In this document: one piece after another, positions 40,741 through 55,185 of the stretch | How the letters are laid out: the number at the start of each line of letters is the position of its first letter | Position numbering within the stretch: position 1 is the stretch's first letter | NCBI GenBank assembly: GCA_951406725.2 | Contig: OX597824.1 | Location: 6,076,001 to 6,140,000, forward strand | From: Octopus vulgaris | Lineage: Eukaryota | Direction of reading: 5' to 3' | DNA length: 64,000 nucleotides | Program-made: the position numbers and the translations under genes | The notes under the pieces: generated by a model | Told to the model about the DNA's origin: nothing | Seen by the model: only the letters and a program-made list of their open reading frames with translations | Databases searched by the model: none

Positions 40741-42936
40741 GATACATGTATACATATATAATATATACATATATACACAAATATATATATATATGTATGT
40801 ATATATATATATACATATATATAGTATATATACATATATTTAATATATAATATATATATATATGTATACGTATATGTATATATACGCATATATGTATGTG
40901 TGTGTGTGTTTATATATGAGTGTGTGTGTGTATTCTCTTTCATTTTCTATCTATAAATTCTATTTTAATTCTCGTTTTATTTGGGATGTAATTATCTAAT
41001 CCTCTACCACTGACGCCACAGAAATAATCTTGGGAATATGAAGTTGTATCAGGCAACATTTGGCTGATGCTTTTAGTTTCTTTTACTTTTAATCTTAGAC
41101 TGAGAACAAGATATTATTTAGAAATGAAATTATCATTGGTAATTTCGTCTCTGTAGTATAGGAAATTTTGAGATTAATTATAAAACGTTGGTTTGTTTCT
41201 TAATCCGTATTTCTTTGTAATGTTAAAGACGGATTGATTCTGGCTCGATGCAGGAGCATCTTCTTAGTCCCTTGATCTGCTTGAAATACCTGTGCAATTT
41301 CCTTCAGATCACACTCTGTCATTGTAAAGGAATGATACGGTGAGTAATGTTCTTATATGTAAGGGGGAAAAGAGTTCCACGAGATTAGTGAATCTTTCAG
41401 TAAATGCCTGTTTCGTCGAAGTTGATCTGTCGAAAAGCGCGAATAAAGCAACCCCGAAATATATGAAATGAAATCTGGGGTTCAAGACGAAAGATTAAAC
41501 CTGTACGAAATCCATGAATCACAAATTTTGCCACAAGGCCAGTAATTTCAGGTGAAGAGATAAGTTGATTACATTCACCTCAATGCTCAGCTGGTATTTT
41601 TTCGACCCTGAAAGAATGAAAGGCAAGGTCGATTTCTGTTGAATGCGAAATCAGGACGTAAAATCGGATATAGTAGCAGACACTTGCCCAAGATGGCATG
41701 CAGTGGGACTGAACCCGAAACTAGGTGGTCGGTCAGCAATCTACTTACCACAAATACATATATTTACAAACACACACACACACACATATATATATATGCA
41801 TATATGTATATTACAGGACCATTGCCGTAACCTTCCCAAACAGTATTCTCTAGACCTTCAACACGACGACCGAATGTCATTCTTATTTATATGTGCGTGT
41901 GCATGTGTGTGTGTGTGTGTATGTGTGTGTATTCATATATACACAGATATACATAGAGAAAGATGCATATATACTTATACATGTACATATGTAAGTGTTC
42001 TAATTACAAATACCGACAAAAAGCTCTTTCATCTCTGAAGGATAGGTAATGTATTTTCGTGTCAACAACTGAGACTCATTCAGCCACAGAACTCTCTGGC
42101 AAATTTAATTGGTTGTATTTGCATCAGTAACAATTATAATTAATATTTGTAGTAGCAGTAAACTATAAACCTTCCGATAAGAGCACATTTGCGGGAACGG
42201 GTGTCACATTTGAAACTGAATTTCAAGTCGGACGCTTCCACTGAAATTTACATTCTAAACTGCCACGAAAAGTCCACCTCTATTTCAACCTATTCATTTA
42301 ATAATACTGGAATTTAATTGGTAACAGAAGGTGGTTGTTATGAGAAAAGAAATTCTACAACAGCTACGTGAATTGCTGTGATATTTATAATATTAAGATT
42401 TGAATTGCGAAAAAAAAAATGTGGTAAAATGAGTAATATTTTGTGAAATGGCAAACGAAAACAAATAACAGTAATTGAAAGTGAAGAGACCCCTTCGCAT
42501 TTATAATGGCCTGATAAATGTTGAAATTACATAGAATGAAAATAATTTGTTGGAATAGTTGAGTTGAAGAACGCAAAGAACAGTCTTGAACCGTACATTA
42601 ATTTCAAGACCCTGGATGAATTTGTTTTAAAGATAGTGCAATAAAATACCATCATTATTTTGCTTCGCTTTAACCTTCCCACATTAAATTCTAAATTTAT
42701 ATTTATTTCATTTCATTTTTCTGTAACATTCTAGTGATTACGCAATTTGTTTCTAAATATTTTTTATTGCCAGTTAATTTTTATATAGTTACCTCCCAGA
42801 AACACTCTATACTGCTAAATGTTTTCTACACTCTACTAATACAACCTTCTTAATTTCCGTTTTGGTGACAATTACAATAATATTTTATATGGTCACCGAG
42901 AAGCCCTCTATGTAGTCACTTGCCCAGTTAGAAATA

Positions 42937-43632
42937 CAGTAATCCCGCACAATATCGCCGTTCGCCTATCACTGTTCACCTATCGCGGTTCACCATATCG
43001 CGGTTTATTATTGAAGCTTACGTCGATTCCTCCGCGATGTTGTTTTGCTTTTATAATAAAACAAATGCAACTAAGACTCTACTCTTTGGAGAGGAGACTG
43101 GAGAGGTATGCAGTAATATACATCTGGAATATACTGGCAGGAATTGTGCCAAATTTTAGCATTGAAAGCTACACCAATGCCAGAACGGGACGACACTGCA
43201 TAGTGCCAAAGACTCCAGCAACGCCATCGCATTTCAGTACCAGCTACTGCAACAGCCTGGGTTTCAGCCAAAGAGCATAAGGAACCTGCAAAAAGTAGAT
43301 GTAGGCGTTTTAAAATCAAAGCTGGACATCTTCCTGTCGAGGGTCCCAGATGAACTTACCTCACGGCAAGAGGTGCAATTGAGGGTAGCTACATCCAACT
43401 CCATTCTTCACCAAGTGCCACATATTGGAGAAGGCTCTCAGTAATAAACAGTGTAGCAAAACGGCCTTGCATCAGCATGGCCGCAGCTCTGAGCTGAAAC
43501 TACAGCAAAAAAAATATAATTATAAAAATAATTTTTAAAAATATACAGTAGAGTACTGATTCTACTTCGCGGATTTTCACCTATCGCGTGGGGCTTTAGA
43601 ACGTAACGCCCGCGATAGCCGAAGGATTACTG
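42937..43632. mobile_element. pogo/Tigger-type MITE containing a LINE fragment
   Basis: TA|cagtaatcccgc ... cgaaggattactg|TA termini; subterminal tcacctatcgcg repeats. Confidence 0.7.
43060..43515 (+). mobile_element. 3' end of a CR1-like LINE
   Basis: LRLYSLERRLERYAVIYIWNILAGIVPN resembles the CR1-clade ORF2 C-terminus; ends cagcatggccgcagctctgagctgaaac plus an A-rich tail. Confidence 0.75.
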
Positions 43633-44427
43633 TAGTCATTAAATTTCATTTAAATCTTCATCTATCATCTTAAAAAGTAGACATGTAGTCATAAATATAA
43701 TTAAAAGAAAAACATAACATTAATCATCGCGATCTAACTGTCACTGATTGTGACAGTTCACCAATGAAGAGTTTGTTGAATTAGGACTGACCTGGGGTTA
43801 AGCAGCCTCCGTTGTAAATCTCTGAAATTCTACGAATGCCATAATTTCGGTGAAGAGTTTCTTTGCCTTTCAATATTCACAGAATTTAAGTAATTGATGA
43901 GGAAGCTGCTTTCTCAGCTTTTCAGTTTAAAAACCTTAATGACAATCTTACATGTTTTTTTTCCCACAAAATCGAATGTCAGATCATTCCATATTATAGA
44001 ACATTCCATGCTGTCTAGATTAGATCAAGATACATGAAAAAAAGTACATGTATATATCATAGATTATTGATACAGTGAGTTGTTCATGAAAGACTAAGAT
44101 AAACAATGAGAATGAATAGAGCACTGGAAAACTATGGTACAATTTTTTTGAAAACCTTATTGGTCCGATGTAGACGATTTGAAATTTTCCCAATGGAGGT
44201 TCGTATTTAGTCAAAAAGAAATCGATGTCATATGTCCGATTAAGCTGAGGCTGTCTCCCAAATGGCTGAATCTTTGAAATTAATGACACAAACCTCCTTA
44301 TTTTATGCTGCATAATTTGCATGATAGATATTGAGAATATCATAGAGCGTGATACATATTCGTGGAAGACAACGCGCAGTAAGAGAGGCGAAAAATTATC
44401 GACAAACTTGTTATGAACTCCACCGAA

Positions 44428-44491
<64 letters not shown>

Positions 44492-45364
44492 CGTAATTAA
44501 AACGATTTTACTTCTTAGGATAAGTAGAAGATAATTTTTGTTTCATTTTATGTGCTTGTGTATGAAAAATAAAAATATAACAAATATGTTTTCACAGAAT
44601 AAGTGTTTTGTATCGTAGTTCAACTAAAATTATGTTCGCATACGTATACTTAAAGTGAGTTTAGTATATACAATTTCTAGAAACATAGATTATAAAGTAA
44701 CAATGATGGAACAAGACAAGAGAAAATAAAGAGTCACATGTTGCTTCGTGTTTTTTGTTTAGAAAAATATTTTACTACATACATCTGTGAGTTTAGCGAT
44801 TGAAAGGATGCTTTTATTTATTTTTTCCTTTTTTGTTGTATAGGAAACAAAAGTAATATTTTACTGACCTGGATCTGGTTTCACTGTTTTCAATTCAAAA
44901 GTTTTACGTAATTTTTCCATATTTTTCATAATTTAAAACCGTGTGAGGTTTAATGATCAAATAGGCATGTCAAGTACGTGAATAGCTATATGTATGACAG
45001 TATGTCTGTCTGCGTGTCTCTGCGTGTATTATATATTATTTGTAAATATGTCTCTCTCTCTCTATATATATATATATATACATGTATATATATACATGTA
45101 TATATACACATATGTATACATGTATATATACACATATGTATACATGTATATATGCACATATGTATACATGTATATATATATATACGTTATATTATATTAA
45201 ATTAGAGATAAAACCACTATTAGGCAAATAAAACAGTGAAAAACATAAGCCAATACATAAAATTAATTTTAAAATATAAAAGTTAAAAATACATATATAT
45301 GTATATATATATACATACATACATAAATACACACACACACACACGCACACCCCTGCACACACAC

Positions 45365-45421
<57 letters not shown>

Positions 45422-46770
45422 CAAAGGCGTGCTCGGGTGAGAAGCATATGATAATTTACATAAGAATGAATATAAAGCAATGTATACTGGTATGCATCTT
45501 AAGGTCACTATAAACATAAACATAGCGACGTCATTACAATGACAAACCGAATTAACTGTTGTTACAGAAGCTCAAAGCTGACATTTAACGCACCCAAACG
45601 CACCAGCAAACAAAAGTCTAGCAAAAGAAATATTTACACCGCAGCCCCCATATAAATATCTGCATAGTTTTTGCTATAAAACGTGCTTCATACAATTTTA
45701 TATCAGATTGTAAAATATGATGAAGACCACTAAAAGAAAAAAAGTATAAGTGCAAGAAAAAAAAAACAAGAGCAAAGTTGAGGAAATTAATCTTTGTTTT
45801 GGAATAAAAAGAAAGTAAGAAAGAAAGAAAGAAAGAAAGAAAGGAAGGGAAGAAGGAAAAAGAAAGAAAGAAGGAAGATTACTGCTTCAGTGACAGTTAA
45901 TGGTGATGCTCTGCTTCAGAGACGGATAAATTTGAGAAATGGATATTATATATTTTTCGTGCAAAGTTTGTCTGGAGAAAGATGAATGCTTTGCCTAGAC
46001 ACATATTTGCATTCATCGGGAATAAGTCGAAAATTGAGCGTTGGTAAATATTCAATAGAGTTAGCACGAAATGAACGAGCAAAAGAAAGGACTTTAAAAG
46101 AAGTTTTTCAAAAGATCGGCCGGTCAGTCCAGAGCAAACAGAATCTATGGTAAATATGAACGAGTCTGGTAGCAACATCTACGTTTACATCTGTAGTTAG
46201 AAACACATCATTCAACGGAACTCAATTTCCAAAATGAATTCCTTTCCAATAAATTATTAAATAAAACAAATTCATAATACATAGACATTGAAAGAAAATA
46301 TATGAACACACTGAGTGTTGGCAGTGACCTTAGAAATATATTTATAACTAATTACGACAGACTGACAAGAACAAATGTGATTATTTAGTAGTTGTGTTAG
46401 AGAGATGTTGGATTAAATTAACAGTAATTAACTTTATGTTTGTATTCAAATCCCTGTTGAAGCATCGTTTTTTTTTTTTTTTGCCAACACGGTTAACACC
46501 TTCATGTATCAGAGACAACACTACAGATTCCTCTACGCCTCGACATGTACGTGACATTGTTCGGAATATGTATATGCTTGCTGTCACCATTGTTTTCCTT
46601 CTGTGGCTACTTCTTTGAATTGATTAGGGTAGTGGAGGTTTCATATTTTATTTAGTTGGACTTTAAAGTATATGTATGGGGAAAATATTGTAAAATATTG
46701 AATAGAATATTGGGGTTCTGTGTAATGTGTCTACGATTACATGAAAAGTAAATACAGTAATATTTTGCTA

Positions 46771-47336
46771 CTGTGTTGTCCGGAAAGTTCATACCGATTT
46801 ATAGTAGCTTACCTTTTGACTTATTTTAGAACATGATTGAGTCCATAAAATAGGATTTGACTACACCTCCATTTAGAGCACAGTTTAAGCTATCTTTTCG
46901 TGGAAGAAGGTTTATCTTCCTATAACCTGTGTTAATTTTGTAACCCTTTAAAATGGAAGAAAAGAAAGTTCATTTTCGGCACTTGATTATTTGGAAACCA
47001 GACAAAAATTGCTGCAGCTCGGCTGGGATGTGTTACCCTACCCTCCATATTCACCAGATATTGCTCCTTTGGATTTCCACTTATTCAGGTCTCTGTAGAA
47101 TAGTCATAATGGCAAAAATTTCAATTTCTTGTATGATGTAAAAAGATACCTTGATGAATTTTTTGCCATGAAACCATCTCAATTCTGGGAAGAGGGTATT
47201 TTCAAGCTAAGGGAAAGATGGTGACGCATTGTGCAACAAAATGGTTCATATTTGGTTGATTAAAAATGTAATGGCAAGTATTTATTGACCTTTTTCTTTC
47301 CTTTAGAAATCGGCATGAACTTTCCGGACAACCCAA
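46771..47336 (+). mobile_element. Internally deleted mariner (566 bp)
   Basis: TA-flanked ~30-bp TIRs (ctgtgttgtccggaaagttcataccgattt / aaatcggcatgaactttccggacaacccaa); N-terminal MEEKKVHFRHL joined to C-terminal LGWDVLPYPPYSPDIAPLDFHLFRSL...QNGSYLVD. Confidence 0.9.
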
Positions 47337-47961
47337 TATAACCATTCGACTGTAACTGCGCAATTTGATATAAACGACATTACAAAGAATAAAATAACTC
47401 ATTTTGGACGTGATTTGGTAGAATTGTCAGTGCGTCGGACAAAATAACTTGCGGTGTCTATTGGTGGACCTTTTACTTTTGAGTACAAATTCTAACGACA
47501 CAAACTTTATTTTACATAATTCCTGTGATGCTAAAGTAAAGAACCAGCCATGTATTGCTCAAAAATGACTAATCCCTCTCTCTACTTTTCAGTTGGGCAA
47601 AGTTATGCTGTAGCAGTCAGGTTAAGACGTTTGATATGCAACTACAAAGCACTGTATTCGAACTTTATGCACGATAAAGTGAGCAGCTATTTTCTTATAT
47701 GGAGGGCGGCCAAAGGTTCGTGACTGACATCTTGTAAAGATTAATTATGTATAAGTTTGTTAGATTATGTGCGCGCGCATATGTATGTATGTCATTGTTC
47801 AGGTTTATTTGAAGATTTCTTGCCAATAGGGAGAGAACTGGTTTCTAACCAAGTTCCAAGGCACCTTCATTGGAATTTCAACATCAGGAACAGGGTATGT
47901 TTGTATGTATGTATGTATGTATGTATGTATGTATAAACGTACGTACATATGTATGTATGTA

Positions 47962-48500
47962 TGTAGTGCTACTGGTGACATGTAACCCAGTACTACCTGT
48001 TGCATGGTCGGGTCGTCGGCGACTAAACCGGCAACCCCACCAAGCTTTCTTGGTGAGGAGGGTGTTTATTGGACACCCTGCGGGAGAAAAAACAAAACCT
48101 GTCTAAGGGCGGAGGAACTCTTGAGAGTCAACGGCCATCCAATAAATGTCTTAAGGCTGTATCTTGCGCGGGAACATAGAAATAATCGGACTGAATACCT
48201 GATCGCGCGGTTAAACCATTGGGAGTGAAGGACTCCTATGTATGTTAGGGCATCCTTCTAGGAGAAGGTAACTCAGGTAACTGAGATAACTCCGATGTAA
48301 AACCTGCGGCTCAATGGTTACCGATGATGTTGACTTGTTCTTCTTTTCGGATTATGGCTGATGTTGCTTAGTGAGTGGGATTGACTCAGTGCACAGCCTA
48401 TCCTCACTTTAAAAAATCTTCTTGCATAGGCATTGCACGATAACAACATTAATTAAGCTTCGTGCAATGGCCATACTCGATAACGAGGGGGCAGCCACCA
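47962..48500 (+). mobile_element. Structured, higher-GC element embedded in (TATG)n, possibly a retrotransposon 5' UTR derivative
   Basis: Bounded by tatg repeats; successive hairpins (gtagt..actac; gttgc..gtcg tcgg cgac..gcaac; cacca..tggtg); tctaggagaaggtaactc is reminiscent of RTE-clade 5' UTRs. Confidence 0.4.
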
Positions 48501-51500
48501 TGTATGTATGTATGTATGTATGTATATGTGCAGATTTGTATGTTTTGCTTTATGTATGTATTCTCATGCTTGTAGTTGTATGTTTAAACATGCTCATATA
48601 TATTTAAATGACAAACGTCTGGAAAGTTTTACCGAATTTTACGTATGTATGTATGTATGTATGTATTTATGTGTATGTTCGTCATATGAAAGTCAGTGAT
48701 AGTTGTTCCGTTAAATTTGGGGTTGCCATAGTAATAGGTCAAAATAAACAGCTAAATAAATCCATTTTACAAAAAACAGAGACAGAAAGAAATCAAACAG
48801 AATAAGACAGGCTTTAAGTTATCTTGTGTGTCCACTGATGATCAAGAAAAGCAAAGATTTCAAATATACGGTATTTTGATAAGTGATTCGTCTATGCAGG
48901 GCCCCAGATAATCACAAATGCGTCCGTTTATGCTACACATTCTGTGTGTCTCCATTTACGGAAGCGGCGGTCTTTCATGGTCGCAAATGCCTGATTTTCT
49001 CACTCCAGCAATGAATTATGCGACGTTTGTAACTACAAGTTTAAGACATCGCTGGTCAATGGATTGACATTGATTGAGCAGGCAACACTGCATCAAATGA
49101 GGCAAAAAATACCATGAGAGTCAGTTTATGAAAATAACACGTGTACCTGTGTGTGTATGTATGTATGTATGTATGTATGTATGTATGTATGTATGTATGT
49201 ATGTTTGTATGTATGTATGCATTTACGTATGTATGTATATATGCATTTATGTATGTAGTCTATGTAATGTATGTATGTTTGCATGAATGCATGCATTTAT
49301 TTACGTATGTATGTAATGTATGTATGCATGTCTGTAGGCATTTATGTAGGTGTGTATGTATGTATATATGAGCTTCGAATAGCTAATGTTGAACGAAAAT
49401 ACTTTATTTCGATACGATTCTACGATAAAATTAATGTTCGTAATTTCATTCTGATGCAAGAATTAGAATAACAAATATGAATAAATTTAACACCACTGAT
49501 AAAAAAAAAAGGAATAACAATAAAATGACTGTCCTACGAAGAGGGTTATAGATTATCTCCAGCTAAATGTGACTAAGTTGGACGTATACGATTAAATAAG
49601 AAGGCAATAGTAAAGAATGAATGGTTTGGAGCAGAAGAATCTCTCCAAAATTCGTTGAATTTGTTACTGTTGTCGTCTTCATTCCTTGTAGACAGAACAA
49701 ACAGCTCCGAGCGAATCACTTGCTTTCGCATTTCGTTGAATATTTTATCAGGAGTGTTACTTTCGTAAAATGAATACCAAGCTGAACATAATTCCATATA
49801 TAACGTATATTTCGTCAAAACATTTGAATAAACTGATTATTAGTGGATGAATTCACTGAAAATATAGCCTGAAGTTGTTGTTTTTTTCTAAATGAGACTT
49901 CGACTGCTGTGTTTATCATAGAACCGTTGACAGAGTGTAAACGGATACAACGTAACCTGTAGGTGAATAAAATTAATAGAGATTAGAGGCGGAGAAGAGA
50001 ATGTCTGAGTCAATTAAATGATAAATGAGGTAGATGGATAAATTGTGTAAGATCTATAATATATGCTGCTTAACTTACAAAAAGAAAACTTAAATGTCTG
50101 GACACACATTGGAATGAATCCGTGAAGCATTTCGTCACGCAATTTTTTCATGTTTATTTCACGGTTACCCCATCAATAAGCAAGGATGCGACAGGTATAA
50201 CAACCAAAATACACCGCTTCGCAGAAAATGGTAATTCTCTAACTTAAATCAATATGGAGGAGGTAGATTGCTGAACTACAACTTTAAAGATTGTCTCATG
50301 CTGTCTGCGTTGCGCTGTTTCCGTGACAAACGTTTTAAAGTTTTATCTATTTGACAATCTATTTGTATAGTATGTCGCATAAATATGTGCATCTAGGAGT
50401 GCATTTGATAAATGGCTTTGTAACATACGATCCCGTGTTCAAATCAGCATCGGGCATCGATATGCGTAGGCAGGATAGGCTTAAAGAGATTTTGCAATTA
50501 AAACAAATCCGTCAGCAGACATTTCTGGTAATGAAAGAAATCAAATGATTAATTCTAATAACTTTTAATGGAAAGTAATTTAGAGCATTTCAAGGATGGT
50601 GCTAGGGAGATTATTACAATTCTACAGATAAGTAATAAAGAAATAAACAAAACAAATATAAACCATTATCTCCCGAAACTCAACTAATGGATTATTTTCA
50701 ATTATACATAAACAGCGATCAAAGGATAGACTAGAATCAGTACCATGCGGTGTATATTGTTGCTATTGTTGTTGTTGTGGTGGTGGTTTTGATGGGATTG
50801 TAGCAGTTGTTTAGCCCCGGGCCAGCCACACTTAGGAATTCTTATGACCAAAGATGCTCCAACGTCACAATTCTATCCATTCATTGAATAATAGGAAAGC
50901 ATATTTACAAGTTAGTAGATTAAAATTTCAAGATGATATGAATACAGCCATTTCTAGCAACCCATACGAGAGCGCACGGGCTCGCGTGTGGGTATCACTG
51001 ATAGAATAAAGGGCTTCATGCCATGTTTTGATACGCAGACAGGCACAGATACCTAAGGAGGACGATTCAAGAGATGGCACAACTTGTTAGACATAACAAC
51101 TCAAATTCTTTTTCACCAAAAGCTACCGTCATAATATAGTCGGACACATTGGGAAATACAGGCTCACACACATACACAACACACACACACATACACACAC
51201 ACACAAACAAACACACACACACACACACACACATGCACACAAAAATATGCTACATATTTTCATGTTCGTTTTTATGGGAGGATGTATAGAAAAAATCGCT
51301 TAATGTTTTCATTAGATTACATATCAAATTCTCAAGACAAGACATTGACGGTAATTTCAAAGTTTCTTTTTATGGACCAATATCAGTGCGCACAGTTACT
51401 AAACCGAAATTTCCAAGTCCCCTTTGATATTATTCTTGAAGAATGGTTAATACATAAGCATACAGACGAGCGCGCGTGGGTTTGTGTGGGAGTAAGTGTG

Positions 51501-51944
51501 TAGAAAATATGGACAGTGTTTCTAAATCAGTTTATCACAGAACCCATTCTACAGTAAGGATTCCTGTAAGTTACTTGCACGGAATCCAAAGAAGTGTCAA
51601 ACACTTATTTCATCATAAATCAGATGTTGCAGATATAAAACGATAATTTCCTGTTCTCTTCGTTTCCATAAAATTTCTAAATATTGTAACAGAATCAGAT
51701 GTGAAGAACCTACAAATTAGAAAAACAGAGTTAGCGCAGATGGTAGAGTTACCAAATTGTATAAAGCCGTAGGTAAGAAATACTTGACTTCAAAGTGAAA
51801 TACAGAAGGTTCTTAATCAACCACATATTTACCATATATACACATTATGTATGTGCGTATATATATATATACATATGTATGTATATGTGTGTGTGTATAT
51901 ATATTAAACACATTCATATATATATATATACATAGTTATATATG

Positions 51945-51994
<50 letters not shown>

Positions 51995-52064
51995 TACATA
52001 TGTATGTATATGCATGTGTGAGTGTGCATGTATATATTATATATATATATGTATATACGCAAAC

Positions 52065-52135
<71 letters not shown>

Positions 52136-52507
52136 AAGACTATTGAAAAAGTTGCAAGACTCAACAACAATTTTCGGAAAATAAATATAGGGGAATAAAT
52201 GGAAATTTTACTGGTGAGTGTGTTAAATTATAAAGCACAAAAAGAAAATGACTCTCCCCAGACACAAGCATAGTTATATATAATTTATATACACATATAT
52301 GTATATATATATATATAGTGAAAATATATATATATATACATATATATATATAGATTTTTGTGCACAAATAGACTTTTTCGTTTCTCTTATTTTTTCCCTT
52401 TTACAACTTATTTGTAAATATCCGGTTGAATTTTCCCCATTACCCCATCAACTTTTCCTTGTTGACTTTTAACAATACCTTTTTTGATGTTCTTCCTTAA
52501 AATCTTC

Positions 52508-52607
52508 ACACTGATGAGAATTATAAGGCATAACTTTAATAATAATTATTATCATTATTATAATTTTTTCTTATATATTTGTATTGTCATTTGAAACGTT
52601 CGTATGT
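52508..52607 (+). ncRNA. Type I hammerhead with long AU-rich loop II, in a ~470-bp (TA)n-bounded element (52360-52828)
   Basis: aca CTGATGA gaat..attt GAAA cgttcg TA tgt; GUA site; helix I only 3 bp. Confidence 0.68.
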
Positions 52608-52825
52608 ATTAAATCCAATTTTGATTTTAACATCGTCTCTCCATTTTTATACTCGTTTATGGCATTTGTATACCTATAACGAACTTTTTCAATTGTTATT
52701 TTCATATTGTTACTACTTGTTCCGGCTGATTTTTATGAATATGTTGAATTTTTATTGCAAATTATTTTGTCTCTTTTTGGATTCCTCAAAAAGTTTGATT
52801 GTTCTATTTGAAATTATGTTTTTGT

Positions 52826-52881
<56 letters not shown>

Positions 52882-52994
52882 ACAAGATAGGAGCAGAAGA
52901 AAAATTCTAATGCCAGATACGCCGAAACAAAAAAATTGTCGATAACCATTAAATTTATGCGTCTCGAAACAAACCGATAGAAATCCCTAAAAAT

Positions 52995-53053
52995 TACCGT
53001 ATTGGTCCAATTTCGGGGTTAATTCACAATAAATTTCCCCCTCTTCAGCGGCA
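52995..53053 (-). ncRNA. Type I hammerhead, canonical core, in a ~285-bp element (52877-53162)
   Basis: Minus strand: tgccg CTGAAGA gggg..cccc GAAA ttggaccaa TA cggta. Helix I 5 bp, helix II 4 G-C pairs, palindromic helix III, AUA site. Confidence 0.88.
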
Positions 53054-53161
53054 CATACGCGAGATACAAATGAAATACTTATTCATACCAATGGAAGAAG
53101 CAAGCACCAAGTCCCGAGCAGACTTAAGTACCCCAAATATATCCAAAATAGAAAAATCTTC

Positions 53162-53264
<103 letters not shown>

Positions 53265-53334
53265 ATGTATGTATGTATGTATGTATGTGTGTATGTATGT
53301 ATGTATATATATGTATGTATATGTATGTACATAT

Positions 53335-53768
53335 TTTATATGTAAATTTGTAGTTCCAGTGATGGATTGGATCTGTAGTTTTCGAATTAGCTTTCTCTTT
53401 TCTGATTTTGAGAAGCCTAATTTCACAAGACTTTTTTTAGGAAGTCTCTTACATATCCCAGTACCCCAACAGGTATAATCGTGAATTTGTAATCTGCATA
53501 GAGAAACTGCAGATATCTCAATAGTTCAGCATGGGTTTTCTCTTTTTCGCTGCTCTTCAGCTTTATGTTGACATCTACTGGGCACCTGATTTCCCCAACT
53601 GTGCAAAGTTTCTCTTCTCTATCCCAAATCATTATATCAGGTCTGTCGTGCTTACGTTTTATTGAGGTCTTCACTGGGACATTCCACCAGTATTCCTCTT
53701 TATTCTGAGTAGCTATGACTTCTACCATATTGTGGGTTTTTTTGCTTGTCTTCGGGATATCCTTCCGA
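53335..53768 (-). mobile_element. R4/Dong-like non-LTR retrotransposon 3' fragment (restriction-like endonuclease)
   Basis: EYWWNVPVKTSIKRKHDRPDIMIWDREEKLCTVGEIRCPVD..EKEKTHAEL contains the RPD..E..K RLE motif; flanked by (TATG)n. Confidence 0.85.
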
Positions 53769-53799
53769 TGTATGTATGTATGTATGTATGTATGTATGT

Positions 53800-54610
53800 A
53801 CATGTGCATATTTGTATGTTTTGTTTTTTGTAAGTATTCTCATATATATACTTGCATATCTAGACATGCTCATATATACTTAAATAATAAACTTCTGGAA
53901 AGTTTTACAGATTTTTACAGTTCTAGTAATTGATTGGATCTGTGGTCTTTGAATTAGCTTTCGCCTTTCTGGTTTTGAGAAGCCTAATTTCTCAAGATTG
54001 GTATTGAAGCAGTGTATTACATATCATATCTCATCGGTATATAATACCGTTATGATATTTTCGGACGACTATTTATGATGTGGGTGATAGCTTCGGTTTT
54101 AACTCCACAAAGTCTGCCTCGGTTATAAAATTTTACTACTTTTCCTGCATCTCTATATCTTTTGGGCATCAGGCATTTGGTTGATATTTCCTGTTCTTGG
54201 ATTGCAAACTCATAACCTTCAAAGTTGGAGGTAATAATCCGATTGTTGGTCCATGACAGACTGCTTTGATGATTAATGTTACTATTGTCCCGGAGCTTTC
54301 TATTAACATATTCATGAATAGTCTTCTGCAGATACGTTGCGGTAGAGTCGTGCGAGCGCTTTTGATATGTATTCAAGTTTATCAGACAAGGAAAGTCGCT
54401 CAAAGAGCTGCCTTCCAAGTCTTATGATGCTATCGGTCTCATGTATGCAAACTTGGTAAAAGGATGCACTTCGACACTTGGTGGTTAAAAGAAGTTACCA
54501 AAGGGATATGATGCGACATTCAAGGGCATTTTGGATCGATGTTAAACCTCTTCCACCTTGTTTTCGTCTTAGGTATATGCGGTCTACGTCACTGTTCATG
54601 TGCAAATGTA
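53800..54610 (-). mobile_element. R4/Dong-like fragment (post-RT region, zinc knuckle, 3' end)
   Basis: HMNSDVDRIYLRRKQGGRGLTSI, EGYEFAIQEQEISTK and GRLCGVKTEAITHIINSRP (decayed CCHC); 3' end shared with the neighbouring copies. Confidence 0.82.
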
Positions 54611-54659
54611 CGTATTATGAATATATGCATTATGTATGTATTTATGTGTGTATGTATGT

Positions 54660-55185
54660 ATATGTGCAGATGTGTATGTTTTCTTTATGTTTTGTCTTAT
54701 GTATATATTATCATGCATATACTTGCATATCCACAGATGCATATATATATTTAAATGATAAACCTCTGAAAACTTTTACAGTTATTTATGGTTCCATTGA
54801 TGGATTGAATCTGAAGTCTTCGAATTAGCTTTCCCCTTTCTGGTTTTGAGAAACCTAATATCTCAAGATTGGTATTTAGGCAGTGTGTTACATATCTCAG
54901 GGTCCCCAAAATTACAGGTATAAACCTTGATTTGTAATCTGGATAGAGTAACTGCAGATTCCTCAAAAAAAGTTCAGCATAGGTATTCTCTTTTATGTTA
55001 ACATCCGTTTCTTTTCTCTATCCCAAATCATTATATATGGTCTGTTGTGCTTACATTTTATTGCGGTTTTCACTTAGACATTTCACCAGTACTACTTTTC
55101 TATTATGAGTGGTTATGGTTTCAGCCATACTGTAGGTTCTTATTTCTCTGTCCTTGGGGCTATCCTCCCAACGGATTTCATTATA
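54660..55185 (-). mobile_element. R4/Dong-like 3' fragment, third copy; a short 3' tail also lies at 48525-48640
   Basis: RNLQLLYPDYKSRFIPVILGTLRYVTHCLNTNLEILGFSKPERGKLIRRLQIQSINGT is homologous to 53335-53768; bounded by tatg repeats. Confidence 0.82.
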
